NCBI GenBank assembly: GCA_964035545.1
Contig: OZ037768.1
Location: 23,283,319 to 23,347,318 of the forward strand
From: Bugula neritina
Lineage: Eukaryota > Animalia > Bryozoa
Length of the DNA stretch: 64,000 nucleotides
Direction: 5' to 3'
Shown here: positions 63,110 to 64,000 of the stretch, in pieces
How positions within the stretch are numbered: position 1 is the first letter of the stretch
Layout: the number at the start of each line of letters is the position of its first letter
The notes under the pieces: model-generated
What the model saw: the letters and a program-made list of their open reading frames with translations, nothing else
Database searches by the model: none
Told to the model about the DNA's origin: nothing
Program-made: the position numbers and the translations under genes

Positions 63110-64000
63110 CAGGGATGTAGTGGTACCCATACGGTCCCATACGCCGTATGGCCTAGAAGAAAATAGACTGTTCTAGGCCATACGCCCGTATGGGCATAAT
63201 ATTTTTGAAAGATGATTAGTGCACAGGGTAGTTAGGGCATCCTCACTGAGAATATCATAAATTTCGCTCACAATCTAGTTTAAGTTCCTGTTATGTTGAT
63301 GCTATGTGGGTGGCATGCGTGTTGCCTACTTGTGATTGTTTAGCCTGAGATTACACTATGAATAATAAGAGCTATCAACATTCAGTCTTCTCATCTTTAG
63401 GCTACGTGTTCACTGAAGCGCGAAGTGCTGTGCATTGGTGATTACTATAAGGAAAAAATCTTTCATTTTCAGTGTATAAATCACTAACTTGTAGAAAATC
63501 TATGAAGGCTATTGACAAGATTGAACAAAAAATTTACCATGCATAAATTTCTCAGGTTTCCGACAGTGTTTGTTCTATTCAAATACCATGCTTTCCCGCT
63601 GAGATATTTGGCAGGGATTGAAAAATAAATTTTTCAGGTAAAATTGGCCAAAAATGGGTAGATTTTTGTCGATAACTTTGCAAAAAAATATTGAAAACTC
63701 AAAAAACAGGTGCTCTGAGGAACAGGAAGATCTAAAACATGGTTTTTAAATTTTAATTCTAGCACAATTAAGTGAGGTTTTATTTGGCAGGACTGAATTC
63801 TTATAATATACTAATAATGTGGCCTCAGCAAGGCAGTGACAGCTAGAAGGTGGCCCTTATCTATCATGTGTGAACTTGCATTTTGTCAATAAGCAATGGA
63901 ATTTGGAAAAAACCAACATGAAATCCAGAAATAAAATCAAAATGTCTTCAAGAAACAGTACCAGGTGTGTAGGAGAGGCTAATGAAAATTTATCACTGAG
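63110..64000. mobile_element. Left end of a hAT-like DNA transposon (right end not seen)
   Basis: Begins CAGGGATGTAG, with clustered CCATACG/CGTATGG subterminal motifs and a perfect 14-bp inverted repeat (63145-63158 / 63171-63184). Extent uncertain. Confidence 0.5.

Overview
AT-rich, intron-rich animal (invertebrate-like) nuclear DNA; nothing prokaryotic (no CRISPR, operons or rRNA). Most ORF-track entries are exon fragments or repeat-derived artefacts, so I rebuilt genes by hand from GT-AG boundaries and reading-frame phase. Left to right: USP10 (-), with two probable leader exons; a putative small single-pass membrane protein (-); an orphan 234-codon ORF and a coiled-coil gene (-); CPSF1 (+, about 35 coding exons over 25 kb), whose introns host an antisense nested secreted beta-propeller/PAN gene, a MITE, a tRNA-Trp(CCA) and a SINE; L2HGDH (-), tail-to-tail with CPSF1; a small secreted Gly/Asn-rich peptide gene (+) with an apparent +1 frameshift; and a TRIM/NHL-like gene (-) apparently interrupted by a hAT-like transposon end. 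The most striking unexplained pattern is that about 20 unrelated minisatellites sit at exon-intron junctions. Several physically multiply a splice donor, a splice acceptor or the stop codon (up to 9-14 copies), and usually only one copy keeps the reading frame. Gene identities come from recalled motif and sequence similarity, not database searches.
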